DNA of 64,000 bases from Candidatus Parcubacteria bacterium. GTDB taxonomy: Bacteria; Patescibacteriota; Minisyncoccia; JACPXH01. The notes beneath the pieces were generated by a model. It searched no databases and had not been told where the DNA came from. It saw nothing but the letters and a program-made list of their open reading frames with translations. A program made the position numbers and the translations under genes. The stretch is taken from positions 32,660 through 96,659 of the forward strand of contig JACPXH010000006.1 in NCBI GenBank assembly GCA_016196625.1, read 5' to 3'. This document shows, in pieces, positions 8,478-16,977 of the stretch (its first letter is position 1; every line of letters begins with the position of its first letter).

Positions 8478-9001
8478 TGGTGCTGCAATGGCGGGATTCC
8501 GAGAACGCATTTCTCGAACCGGAAAAGGGCCTCAAGGAGTTGCTCGCTGCGTGGCTGGACCGGACCCACGGCCAGAGCAAATTCAAGCCATTTTCCGCAT
8601 ACTTGGTCGAGCGGCTCGAGCCGATTGCCGAGATGATTGCAAGCGAGTTCGCGAAGGCGCACATGTCTGTTGAGGTCGTGGTGCTCTGGTGCGTGGTGCG
8701 CCAGAGCGGGCAGCCGTACCTCACGCTCGACTTATGCGTGAAAAGGGGGAGTGGAGACGCGCAGGGCTGTTACCAGATCTCTCGGCGCGATGTGATGCTC
8801 TCTTCGGAGGAGTCAACGTCAGCGACTCGCGAGCGAGTCGAGCGCTGGCTGGCAGACCTCGCGCAGGGGTTCACAAAGACCGATCCCGCGCTCCGGCTGG
8901 CCATTCGGGAGCTCGGGTGCGCGTTTTCCCGCAGGCGGACGATGCCGGAGGCATTGCAGACTGCTTTGTCCGTGGCAGGAAGCCGCAGGGCGGCGCGTTG
9001 A
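8465..9001 (+). CDS. hypothetical protein
   Basis: 178 aa ORF with balanced composition. No family recognised. Confidence 0.4.
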   Translation: MANVMVLQWRDSENAFLEPEKGLKELLAAWLDRTHGQSKFKPFSAYLVERLEPIAEMIASEFAKAHMSVEVVVLWCVVRQSGQPYLTLDLCVKRGSGDAQGCYQISRRDVMLSSEESTSATRERVERWLADLAQGFTKTDPALRLAIRELGCAFSRRRTMPEALQTALSVAGSRRAAR

Positions 9002-9026
9002 TGGGCGCAGTATAAGGAGGGAGAAG

Positions 9027-9458
9027 ATGGCGAAGCTGTTCTTTTCCAGCAAGGAAGACCTGCGAAGGATGGGGTACTCTGATTTGGTGTTCACTCACTG
9101 GCAAGACGGCGGCATCAGCCCCGCCGCCTTTCACCAAGAGGTCGGTCGGGCCTTCCTGCCTGCGGCGACTGCTCTTGTGAATGCGTTCGCCCTCGCGGGG
9201 ATGGAGGTTGATGCTACCGCAGTATGGAATGTCGAATCGTATGACAACGTGGGCGAGGTCCGTGTCTTCGCGGTCCATCTGGGCGTGCGAGTAGTCGGGA
9301 ACGGCGGGAACGGCTGGAGCTTCAAGGGGTTCGTAGTGGACACCCCCCTTGACTCAGATTGTTTGAAGGGGGGCGTCTTCGGAACGAGCTCTCGAGTTTC
9401 CTCACCGACGCCAATCAAAGGCTTGGGGGCATGTTTCTCGGCAAGGAGGAGAGATTAA
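9027..9458 (+). CDS. hypothetical protein, possibly continuing by frameshift into ORF 9359..9577
   Basis: SD GGAGGGAG before the ATG. C6 (9352-9357) and G6 (9368-9373) runs sit where the protein-like sequence switches frame. Confidence 0.35.
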   Translation: MAKLFFSSKEDLRRMGYSDLVFTHWQDGGISPAAFHQEVGRAFLPAATALVNAFALAGMEVDATAVWNVESYDNVGEVRVFAVHLGVRVVGNGGNGWSFKGFVVDTPLDSDCLKGGVFGTSSRVSSPTPIKGLGACFSARRRD

Positions 9459-9671
9459 GGCCCCAAGTCGACGACTTCGTCGCGCAGGTCAAGCAGTACG
9501 GTTACCTCGGGGACGATAAGGACGGCGTGGCGGGCAGGCACGATGGTTACGCCGTGTTCGAGTTGCCCGTGCGTTAGGCAATCGTGGGAGGGGTTCGCCA
9601 ACGCGCCCCGGGGGCTTACCCTCGGGGCGCTTCTAGTTTCTGCATTCGGTTTTTTCGTACCGTTCGCCTGC

Positions 9672-9701
9672 CACATTATACTACGATCGTATTATAATAT
9701 G
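9672..9701. repeat. near-palindrome CATTATACTACGATCGTATTATAATATG (family 2, copy 1)
   Basis: Related to 9759-9790 and 34804-34837. Built around TACGATCGTA. Confidence 0.7.
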
Positions 9702-9758
9702 TAAAAAGCCCGACAGATTATAGATTACGTGTTAGGCGCATCGGTATTAATGCCGCGT

Positions 9759-9790
9759 GCCGCATTATCCTACGATCGTAGGATAATGCG
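9759..9790. repeat. perfect palindrome GCCGCATTATCCTACGATCGTAGGATAATGCG (family 2, copy 2)
   Basis: Core ATTATCCTACGATCGTAGGATAAT is self-complementary over 24 bp. Copy 3 lies upstream of aspS. Confidence 0.8.
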
Positions 9791-9812
9791 TAAAACAGGG
9801 GTTAAGGTTTCG

Positions 9813-11291
9813 CTAAAGTTTTACCGTTAGCCGCGGACCGACCGGCGTATCTTCCACCATAAACCCAGCAGTTTCGATCTCCGCGCGTTTGGCATCGGCA
9901 GTTTGCCAATTTTTATCCGAACGGGCTTGCTCCCGTTCGGCCAGGGATTCCAGTACTTCTTTCGGTACTGGTTTTGACCAGAGGAAATTGAGCCCGAGGG
10001 CTTCGTCAACAAAGCGGTAGAAGTCGGTGAGCGTGCGGGTGCCTGCACGGGTAAGCTCGCCGCGTTCTTGCAGGTTTAAAAACCGCTCGGTTGTGGTCTG
10101 CAGCGTGGCGATAGCTTTGGGTGTGTCGAGGTCGTCGTTGAGCGCATCCGTAACGGTTCGTTTTACCGCCGCGGCCTGAGACCCGATCAAATCTTTCTCT
10201 GCCTTCGGCCCGCCGCTGTCGGCGGCGAGACTCTTCGTAGCCGGCAATTGCTGCCAGAGCTCCAGTCCGCGAATCTGCTGGGTGAGTGTCCGCCGACTCG
10301 CTTGGGCTGCGGCGAGCGCCTCCAACGTAAAGTTGAGCTTGGAGCGATAATGGGCCATGAGCACGAGGAAGCGATAGTCGAGCGGATCAAAACCTTTTTG
10401 GACGAGGTCAGCAACCGTGTAAAGGTTGCCGAGAGATTTTGACATTTTCTCGCCGTCCACCGTGAGAAATTCGTTATGCAGCCAAAAACGCGCGAGCGGT
10501 TTGCCGTACGCCGCTTCAGACTGGGCGATTTCGTTGGTGTGATGCACCGGAATGTGGTCAATCCCGCCCGTGTGGATGTCAAAAGGCTGGCCCAAATATT
10601 TAACCGACATGGCCGAGCACTCAATGTGCCAGCCCGGGAAACCTTTGCCCCACGGCGATTCCCACTCCATCTGGCGATGTGATTCGGGCGGAGAGAACTT
10701 CCAGAGCGCAAAATCAGTCGGATGCTTTTTCTCGCCCATTTGAACGCGCGCGCCGGCTTCTTGGCCTTCGACGTTAAGGCGGGCGAGCTTGCCATAATCA
10801 GAGAGTTTGGAGGTATCGAAATATATGCCGTCCGAAGTGCGGTACGTAAAACCTTTTGTTTCAAGTGTTTCAACAAGCGCGATCTGTTCGGCAATGTGAT
10901 CAGTGGCCTTAGGCATAACGTCAGGCAGTTTGACGTTGAGCATTTTCAAATCCTTGATGAACTGTTCCGTGTAGAATGCAGCGATTTCCCACGCGGTTTT
11001 GCCCTCGCGTTTCGCGCTCACTTCCATCCGGTCTTCGCCTTCGTCCGCATTTGAAAGCAGGTGCCCTACGTCCGTAATGTTCATTACGTGTTTTACCTCG
11101 TAGCCGTTGAGCTCCAAGACGCGCCGGAGAATGTCCACGAAGATGTACGCGCGCAGATTCCCGATGTGCGCAAAGTCATAGACCGTGGGGCCGCAGGCGT
11201 ACAGGCCCACGCGTTTATCTACGAGCGGGGTAAATAGTTCTTTGGAGCGGGTGAGAGTATTGAATAGCTTCATGAGCTTCTGGAGCTCCAC
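9813..11291 (-). CDS. cysS: cysteine--tRNA ligase
   Basis: Class I HIGH-type motif (HIGN) and KMSKS. The N-terminus ([14 protein letters not shown]) and the zinc-binding region are those of CysRS. Length 492 aa. Confidence 0.9.
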   Translation of the reverse strand: MELQKLMKLFNTLTRSKELFTPLVDKRVGLYACGPTVYDFAHIGNLRAYIFVDILRRVLELNGYEVKHVMNITDVGHLLSNADEGEDRMEVSAKREGKTAWEIAAFYTEQFIKDLKMLNVKLPDVMPKATDHIAEQIALVETLETKGFTYRTSDGIYFDTSKLSDYGKLARLNVEGQEAGARVQMGEKKHPTDFALWKFSPPESHRQMEWESPWGKGFPGWHIECSAMSVKYLGQPFDIHTGGIDHIPVHHTNEIAQSEAAYGKPLARFWLHNEFLTVDGEKMSKSLGNLYTVADLVQKGFDPLDYRFLVLMAHYRSKLNFTLEALAAAQASRRTLTQQIRGLELWQQLPATKSLAADSGGPKAEKDLIGSQAAAVKRTVTDALNDDLDTPKAIATLQTTTERFLNLQERGELTRAGTRTLTDFYRFVDEALGLNFLWSKPVPKEVLESLAEREQARSDKNWQTADAKRAEIETAGFMVEDTPVGPRLTVKL

Positions 11292-11299
11292 TAGCTTCG

Positions 11300-11674
11300 C
11301 TAGCTTTTTGTGGCGCGAGGGTTGAGGGTTTTGATCATAGCGTGAAGCATCTTCATCACTTCAGTAAGAAGTGCCGTTGTCCTTGCGTAATCCAGACGTT
11401 TTGTTTTCGGGAGGCGCTGCGCGATTTCGAGTTGCGTTTCCAGCTCGGCGCCAGAGCTGTACGCGATTCGGAGAAACTGGAGGAAGTCTTGTTTCGTGCC
11501 GCGATGGCGACCCTCTGCAATGTTTGAAGCAATCGTTACCGCTGACCGACGCATCTGGGCGATGAGTCCGTAGATCTCTTCTCGCGGGAATTGTTCAGTC
11601 AGTTCATAAATAGCAACCACCAGTTGGATGGCGCGCTGCCACACAATGAGGTTTCGGTATGAGTGTATCGTCAA
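11300..11674 (-). CDS. four-helix-bundle protein (23S rRNA intervening-sequence protein family)
   Basis: [50 protein letters not shown] matches the TIGR02436-type signature. Confidence 0.8.
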   Translation of the reverse strand: MTIHSYRNLIVWQRAIQLVVAIYELTEQFPREEIYGLIAQMRRSAVTIASNIAEGRHRGTKQDFLQFLRIAYSSGAELETQLEIAQRLPKTKRLDYARTTALLTEVMKMLHAMIKTLNPRATKS

Positions 11675-11682
11675 AGTCGCAG

Positions 11683-11760
11683 GACTCGAAAGCTCATAAA
11701 GCTGCAGAAGTTCGTGAAGCTAATGAAGCTGATGAAGCTAGCGAAGCTAGTGAAGCTCGC
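11683..11760. repeat. tandem 9-mer array (GAAGCTNNN)x8
   Basis: gaaagctca taaagctgc agaagttcg tgaagctaa tgaagctga tgaagctag cgaagctag tgaagctcg. Related arrays at 56503-56610. Confidence 0.7.
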
Positions 11761-12704
11761 TACAGCCATCGCTTCCACCGAAACACTGCCAGCATAATAA
11801 GTCCCAGCGTGCCGATTGAGCCCAGCATGATCCAGAAAGCTTCGGGTTCGTCCTTCAAGGGGATATGGGTGAGCGAAACCCCGAAGATGCCGACGACGAG
11901 CGACATGGGCAGCAGTATCGCCGCAAAGATCGTGAGCACCTTCATGACTTCGTTGAGCTTGACCGAAAAGAGCGAGGCGTTGGTGGTTTCCAGTGCATTT
12001 ATCATGTCGTGGTTGTTTTCAAGGTGATCCCAGACGCGGAGATAATCCCCGAGGAGATCGCGAAAGTAGGGCCGGGTGCCTGCACCGTAGAGCGCCGGGC
12101 CAAGGTCGACCAATGACTCGAGGAGCGAGCGCTGCGGTTTGATTGCGCGCCTGAATGAAAGTATGTCTCGCTTGACGATTGAAATTTCGCTGATCATTTC
12201 GCGCTCGCGACCCCGGAAGATTTCCGCTTCAATCACGTCAATTTTTTCGGCAATGTGATCCACCTTGGGGGGGAGTGCTGCAATGAGTGTTTCGATGAGG
12301 TGGTAGAGGAGAATGCCCGCGCCCCGGCCCATGAGCGCGTTTCGCGCGGACTCATAGAGCGTGGCCTTATCAAACATGGCTTTGAGTGGCAGGATGGTTT
12401 TGGCATGAACCGTGATGACGGTGTCTGCCGTAGCCAGGATGTCGAGTTCGTGCGCGTGCGTTTCGCGGGTTTTCTTGTCGTAGACCGGAAAGTGCAAGAC
12501 AAGATAGAGATAGTGGTCGTAGCGCTCCACCTTGGCGCGCAGCGACGGCGTAAGCAGTTCGTTCAAAATGAACGGATCGAACCGGTACGCGTGCGCCAGA
12601 GAGTTGATTGAAGTCTGTAGCGGCGGCTGAATGTCAATCCAAGTTACCTCTGACGCAAGTCCAGATGTTTTGGAGGCGGTAAGTTGGTGGACGATACGTT
12701 TCAT
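11760..12704 (-). CDS. CorA-family divalent cation transporter (GMN motif replaced by GVS)
   Basis: CorA cytoplasmic domain followed by two C-terminal TM helices. The loop motif reads LPMSLVVGIFGVSLTHIP where CorA has YGMNF. Confidence 0.75.
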   Translation of the reverse strand: MKRIVHQLTASKTSGLASEVTWIDIQPPLQTSINSLAHAYRFDPFILNELLTPSLRAKVERYDHYLYLVLHFPVYDKKTRETHAHELDILATADTVITVHAKTILPLKAMFDKATLYESARNALMGRGAGILLYHLIETLIAALPPKVDHIAEKIDVIEAEIFRGREREMISEISIVKRDILSFRRAIKPQRSLLESLVDLGPALYGAGTRPYFRDLLGDYLRVWDHLENNHDMINALETTNASLFSVKLNEVMKVLTIFAAILLPMSLVVGIFGVSLTHIPLKDEPEAFWIMLGSIGTLGLIMLAVFRWKRWL

Positions 12705-12759
12705 GTTCGTTGCACAGTTGCGTTGGTTCTGGAACTCATTTTAAAGCCTCCGTCGCTTC

Positions 12760-12848
12760 GTCATTGCGAGCCCCGAAGGGGCGTGGCAATCTCATGAATA
12801 AGCCACTGATGAGAGATTGCTTCGTCGCTTCGCTCCTCGCAATGACGG
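12760..12848. repeat. cargo-less copy of the GIY-YIG-associated hairpin inverted-repeat pair
   Basis: GTCATTGCGAG...CAATCTC + 20 bp spacer + AGATTGCTTCGTCGCTTCGCTCCTCGCAATGAC. Confidence 0.7.
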
Positions 12849-13039
12849 TTTTGAAACGGATTTTAGGTTGAGCGTCACTGGCGCAGTTTCGTTGTATGGG
12901 GGTCGTGCACTTTGGGGGTGGCGGTTTTGGAGTTGACGGTTCAGGGAGAATTTTCTAACATCATACCACAAGAAAAGCCCGAAGGGCGAAAAATGGCTTG
13001 CTGGCGGCGATTTCTTACGGGGTTTCGATAGCCCTTGAC

Positions 13040-13460
13040 ACGGTTTATACTTGGTAGTATATTGGTAGTATAATGGATACATAATTCGTAGCTCCTTTTG
13101 TCGTCTAGAGCCGTCCAGAGCGTCGCCTTCGTGCGACGAGGCCGTTCCCAGTACCGCCGCGCAATCTGCCTCCGCATGGTAGTAGCGGGAATGCGTTTGC
13201 GGGCGGTGTGGTCCTGGTGGCCTCGGTTTCGGCGCTTTGGTCGGTCTTGCCGTCTATGGTGGGGGCGCGATCTGCTCGTTTGCGATTGCGCAAGCCATGA
13301 CGGCGTTGCCTCGGCACAGCAAGCGACAGATCTGGGGAGGTGGACGTTTAAGCCACAGCCTGATCGCGGTGCCGCCGGGGTGGGGCCGGTAGGGTAATCG
13401 GTAAGCCAAGAGTGAGTCGTCACTCTGGCAAGCCGAACCTCTACCGGCCCCTTCTTTTTT
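13040..13460 (+). ncRNA. candidate non-coding RNA (~380 nt) of unknown class
   Basis: TTGACA-17-TATATT/TATAAT promoter-like elements at 13033-13074. Several internal helices, a stable terminal hairpin and a CTTCTTTTTT tail (13448-13460). No credible ORF on either strand. No RNase P, tmRNA or SRP signature recognised. Confidence 0.25.
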
Positions 13461-13465
13461 GGCAC

Positions 13466-13495
13466 TTGACATCTAGTTACTTATCGTAGTATAAT
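13466..13495 (+). promoter_or_regulatory. sigma70-type promoter TTGACA-18-TATAAT
   Basis: Near-consensus hexamers at 13466-13471 and 13490-13495. Confidence 0.6.
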
Positions 13496-13501
13496 GCTAT
13501 T

Positions 13502-13735
13502 TGTTGATTTGAGATCCAGCTTGAATTGTTGTTAGTTCTTGAAAACACCGCATTCCTCCACAAATCCGTGGGTTTCCGTGATTACCCTCCTACTCGCGGT
13601 CCGTCCTGAGAGCAATCAAGGGACGGGGGGTCCTTCTGGACTTTTAAACCCTCGGATTTGTGGAGGAATCGAATAGCGCGAAATGGGGGCGGAGCGGCTG
13701 CTAGGCAGCCGCTCCGCCCCAGAGTTCCGTTGACT
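13502..13735 (+). ncRNA. candidate structured RNA / cis-regulatory leader upstream of ORF 13756
   Basis: A 23 bp long-range helix (13549-13573 with 13647-13671) encloses a ~73 nt multi-hairpin insert. A perfect 16 bp hairpin follows at 13686-13720, then SD GAGGGAGGA and the ATG at 13756. Confidence 0.3.
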
Positions 13736-13755
13736 TAAACCCTTAGCGAGGGAGG

Positions 13756-14199
13756 ATGGTCATGAACGGTAATGGACAGGCGGCATGGGCCGAGGCGGGG
13801 ACCCGGGTAACGGCGTTCCTCGCCGGCCGCGTGGATTATCCGCAGGCGACCGGGCTGGCCGCGGACGTCGCGGCGCTCCGGGCGTACGGCCTGGATCGCC
13901 AGCGGGACTGGCGGTCGCGGGTTTTGAGCGCCGAGCAGGCGCTCTCAGCGATGCGGCGGGTTGAGGCCGAGGCCGCAGCCGCGGCCGAGCGGGTCAGGCA
14001 GGCCGCCGTGTTCAAGACGGCGTACCGGCCCGCGCCGGCGATCGAGCGCCTCACCGGCCGCGGTATCAACGCCGGAATCCGGTGCGGCCGGTCGAACACG
14101 GCCGAGCGGGCGCGGCGCGAGGTGAACCGGGCCGCGCGGGCAGCGGACAACAGCGCCGCGGCCGAGGGGTTCGGCTGCGGAACCAAGAAAGGAGGATAG
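13756..14199 (+). CDS. hypothetical protein (very high GC, Ala/Arg-rich)
   Basis: Strong SD. 147 aa ORF with GC well above the window's average. Confidence 0.4.
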   Translation: MVMNGNGQAAWAEAGTRVTAFLAGRVDYPQATGLAADVAALRAYGLDRQRDWRSRVLSAEQALSAMRRVEAEAAAAAERVRQAAVFKTAYRPAPAIERLTGRGINAGIRCGRSNTAERARREVNRAARAADNSAAAEGFGCGTKKGG

Positions 14200-14493
14200 C
14201 CATTAGTACCTAGTGCGATAAGAAGATAAGGGCGGCCAACACCAGAGCTTATGCATTGCGGGGTGGCAGAGAGCCCGAAATCTCTGCGAACCGGGGAATG
14301 CTTCGCGGTGCGGCCCGCGATTGCGGTCGCAACGATGTTCTTCTGCTACTGCGGGGCAGGCGCGAGTGCTTACACGAGCGCCTGCCCCGTTCCTCCGAGA
14401 TTTGTATGGAATGAATGGTTCGGCAAGATCGCCGCAAAGGACTCATCCATAAAAGCTTCAGAGGAATTGCCGTGCGCGTGGCGTACCCATCGT

Positions 14494-14564
14494 CGTCATT
14501 CTGAGCGAAACGAAGAATCTAGTCCGAACGAGATTCTTCAGTCGCTTCGCTCCCTCAGAATGAC
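14494..14564. repeat. variant cargo-less hairpin-repeat pair (GTCATTCTGAGCGAAACGAAGAATCT / AGATTCTTCAGTCGCTTCGCTCCCTCAGAATGAC)
   Basis: Same architecture as 12760-12848, with CATTCTGAG in place of CATTGCGAG. 10 bp spacer. Confidence 0.7.
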
Positions 14565-14899
14565 ATAAGGTGAGATTAACAACCTGCGAGAGCGTATACC
14601 GTCGGATTGTGGGAAAAGAAACTCCAGGCATTGATTATTGTTCAGTTTGTCTTTTCGATTCGACATTGTACTAAATCGCAAAGTTCCTCGAACTTTGCGA
14701 TCGTACGAATATCGCCGCGCGATGTTCCAGTATGCGTTCTCGCAGGCGGTTAAAGCCCTCCGGCCCCCCGGCAAACTGTGAGCTCAAAAACATTTGCCGG
14801 GCCCCGATGTGCTGAGCATTCAACGTTCTTCCGCCATCCGGCGGAATGGACAAACCCTGCTTCGCGTGAAGCGACGCAGGGTCAGGATAAGGAGGGGCC

Positions 14900-15226
14900 A
14901 TGTTCTCGAAAAACACAACAAGTACCCAAGCCATCGCGGATACGCTTGGGCTGGTGGAGCGTGAAGTGCTCGCGCTCTGTCGGGACAAATGCGACCCGCG
15001 CCGGCAAGCCGCGCTCAACCTTCTGTTGATGGTTGGCGACTTGATGAAAGATGCCGACTATCAGAAGGCCGAGTTTGCGGATCGTTTCCGCGGCGTAGCC
15101 AGCACTCTGGGCTACGAGGTGCGATCGAGCTGCGGCGTAACGGGCAGCGGATCGTCCCTCGGCGTACTCAAGGGGATGCTGGGCGCGATGATCGCGGTCG
15201 GGGAGGTGATCCATGATGCGCTTTAG
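14900..15226 (+). CDS. hypothetical protein
   Basis: ATG preceded by hairpin CCCTGCTTCGCGTGAAGCGACGCAGGG plus AAGGAGGGG. A near-identical leader precedes ORF 16209. Confidence 0.45.
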   Translation: MFSKNTTSTQAIADTLGLVEREVLALCRDKCDPRRQAALNLLLMVGDLMKDADYQKAEFADRFRGVASTLGYEVRSSCGVTGSGSSLGVLKGMLGAMIAVGEVIHDAL

Positions 15227-15422
15227 TTGGGGGATCATCTGCCAGGTCGCGATTGGGTTTGCGGGTATCGTGCTTACCGTATTGATCCTCGGCGCTGTCT
15301 GGCGGCATGGGACTTCCCTGCTGCAAGAGGTGTTGGGAGAATGGTTGCATCAACGGCCCGCATTCGGGCCGATTCAGCTGCTGCCGCGTTTGACGTGGTT
15401 GCGACTGGGGAGGGTGCGATGA
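15213..15422 (+). CDS. small hydrophobic protein
   Basis: SD GGGGAGGTGA. One TM helix. Overlaps the preceding ORF's stop. Confidence 0.35.
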   Translation: MMRFSWGIICQVAIGFAGIVLTVLILGAVWRHGTSLLQEVLGEWLHQRPAFGPIQLLPRLTWLRLGRVR

Positions 15423-15528
15423 GTTCTTAGGAATTTGTGCTGCTCACCGTGGTGGCTGCCGTTGCGGCTTGGTTCATCGTTAGGACTCTCGACCGGAGTT
15501 GATGCCGGTTGAGAGAAAGGAGGACGGC

Positions 15529-15693
15529 ATGATCGCCTTGGCCGTGCTCGTTCTCGCGCAGGCGTGCGCCGTTGGCTTCGCCTGCCTGCTTTTCACGGGC
15601 GGCGAGCCGTGGCAAGAACACGCGCTCGAGCCGATGCCCTCTCGGGTACGGCTCGTCCGCTGGCCGCTGCCAGCGAAACCAAGTCTCAACTGA
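15529..15693 (+). CDS. small hydrophobic protein
   Basis: AAAGGAGGACGGC-ATG. 55 aa with a single TM segment. Confidence 0.3.
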   Translation: MIALAVLVLAQACAVGFACLLFTGGEPWQEHALEPMPSRVRLVRWPLPAKPSLN

Positions 15694-15840
15694 TTTTTTG
15701 ATCTTTCTTTAGCCGCTTCGCGGTTGGCACCGCGGGGCGTTCATGAGTGACCTTCGGTTCCTCGTTCTCGCAGGCGTTTTCGGGGGAAGTCGCCTGTGAG
15801 TTTCAATCATTAAAACTTCTCCCTCCATCCGAGCTCGTCT

Positions 15841-15874
15841 CATTTTCTAATGTATTAATACATTAGAAAATGAT
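15841..15874. repeat. AT-rich palindrome, copy 2 (TTTCTAATGTATTAATACATTAGAAA)
   Basis: See 4776-4813. Confidence 0.8.
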
Positions 15875-16208
15875 GTGAGGCGGGTTGTGATGGAGTCATG
15901 ATGCTCGATCCGAGTTCAGAACGGGATTGCTTCGCCCCGTAGAATCCCGCTAGGATTTGTACGTGGCTCGCAATGACGACCGTTCAGGCTTCTGATGGAG
16001 CTCCGGGCTACATCGCAACATTCGCAAGAATTTTGTGATCGCCCGACCATCGCAGGGCGATGGTTTAGGACTCCGTGTTCTATTCATCTTATGCGAAAAC
16101 CCCGCCTTGCGCGGGGTTTTCGCTTGGTGGTAGGTTGGGCAAACACAAACCGCCGTTTTCGGGCAAGCCCTGCTTCGTGCAAAGCGATGCAGGGCAAGGA
16201 GGGGATAA

Positions 16209-16483
16209 TGGCCAAACGGTGTTGGATTCGAGTCGGCAGTAAGGCGTTTCAAGTTGAGCTGGGAGACAAGACGTGGCATCCGGCCGGAAGCTCGCCGTGC
16301 GCAAAGTGCGGTAGAAACGACGACCGGACCGCCAGCCTTCTCGTCACCGGCGTGATAGACCCAAAAGGGTTTTACGTGCCGATGACGTCTCAACTTTGGG
16401 ACATTGCCGCCAATGCTTTCCGACGCAGCGGCAATGTGCTGGCTGGGACGCTGTGCGCGAGTTGTTTGAGTCCGCTGGTTTGA
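16209..16483 (+). CDS. hypothetical Cys-rich (zinc-ribbon-like) protein
   Basis: Start MAKRCWIRVG after the hairpin+AAGGAGGGG leader. CxxC (CAKCG) and CASC pairs. Confidence 0.45.
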
Positions 16484-16499
16484 GGAAGGAGGAGGTGAG

Positions 16500-16826
16500 G
16501 TGATGAACGAACGATGGATTGAGGTGGATGGGCGGCGGTTTCGGGTGGTGCTGAGGGCGCCTCTGCGGTATCGGGGTGAACTCGTTCCGTGCCGCGGCTG
16601 CAGACAGCTCGGTAAGGCGATGACCGTCCGGCACGTCGAGCGGGTGTTTGGCGCCGACGGTGGAGAGCTCCTACGGGACTCGCCCGATGGGAGCCTCGCG
16701 GCCAACACCTTCAGCCGCGAGCACCTGTTGGCCGGACCGTTGTGCAGGGGATGCAGGTTTATCCGGACGATATGGAGTTTTCTTCGCCTTCCGTTGCGCC
16801 CCGTGCCCGTTGGCCCGAGCCGATAG
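16500..16826 (+). CDS. hypothetical Cys-rich protein
   Basis: SD GAAGGAGGAGGTGAGGTG. CRGCRQ...CRGCRF motifs. Confidence 0.4.
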   Translation: MMNERWIEVDGRRFRVVLRAPLRYRGELVPCRGCRQLGKAMTVRHVERVFGADGGELLRDSPDGSLAANTFSREHLLAGPLCRGCRFIRTIWSFLRLPLRPVPVGPSR

Positions 16827-16917
16827 TTACTCCGCAGTAACGTTCTTGCTGTACCTTTCGCCGCGCCCCGTGCCAGTTTGGCCCGGGGCGTCCTGTTTTC
16901 TTGGCTTAGCGGCGTAA

Positions 16918-16942
16918 TAGCACTCTCGTATGGAGAGTGCTA
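16918..16942 (+). promoter_or_regulatory. CIRCE operator (TAGCACTC-N9-GAGTGCTA)
   Basis: Matches the CIRCE consensus TTAGCACTC-N9-GAGTGCTAA at 8/9 + 8/9 positions. Lies 35 nt upstream of hrcA and abuts a TTGACA hexamer. Confidence 0.8.
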
Positions 16943-16977
16943 TTGACACGACATTGCCCCTTGTTTAAGATGGGGGC

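Noticed and set aside
8287-8724. Minus-strand ORFs 8186..8662 and 8287..8724
   Set aside because: They overlap + strand ORFs with SDs and are Arg/Ser-rich, so they are probably antisense artefacts. The + strand genes here are themselves low-confidence.
13040-13460. Possibility that the 13040-13460 RNA is RNase P RNA or tmRNA
   Set aside because: I could not find the CR-I (GGAAAGTCCGG) or CR-IV (ACAGAAnCCGGCTTA) RNase P blocks on the + strand; a weak CR-IV-like GGTTCGGCTTGCC is on the wrong strand and the wrong end. No tRNA-like 3' end (GGTTCGAnTCC...CCA) or tag reading frame was found for tmRNA. I left it as an unclassified candidate.
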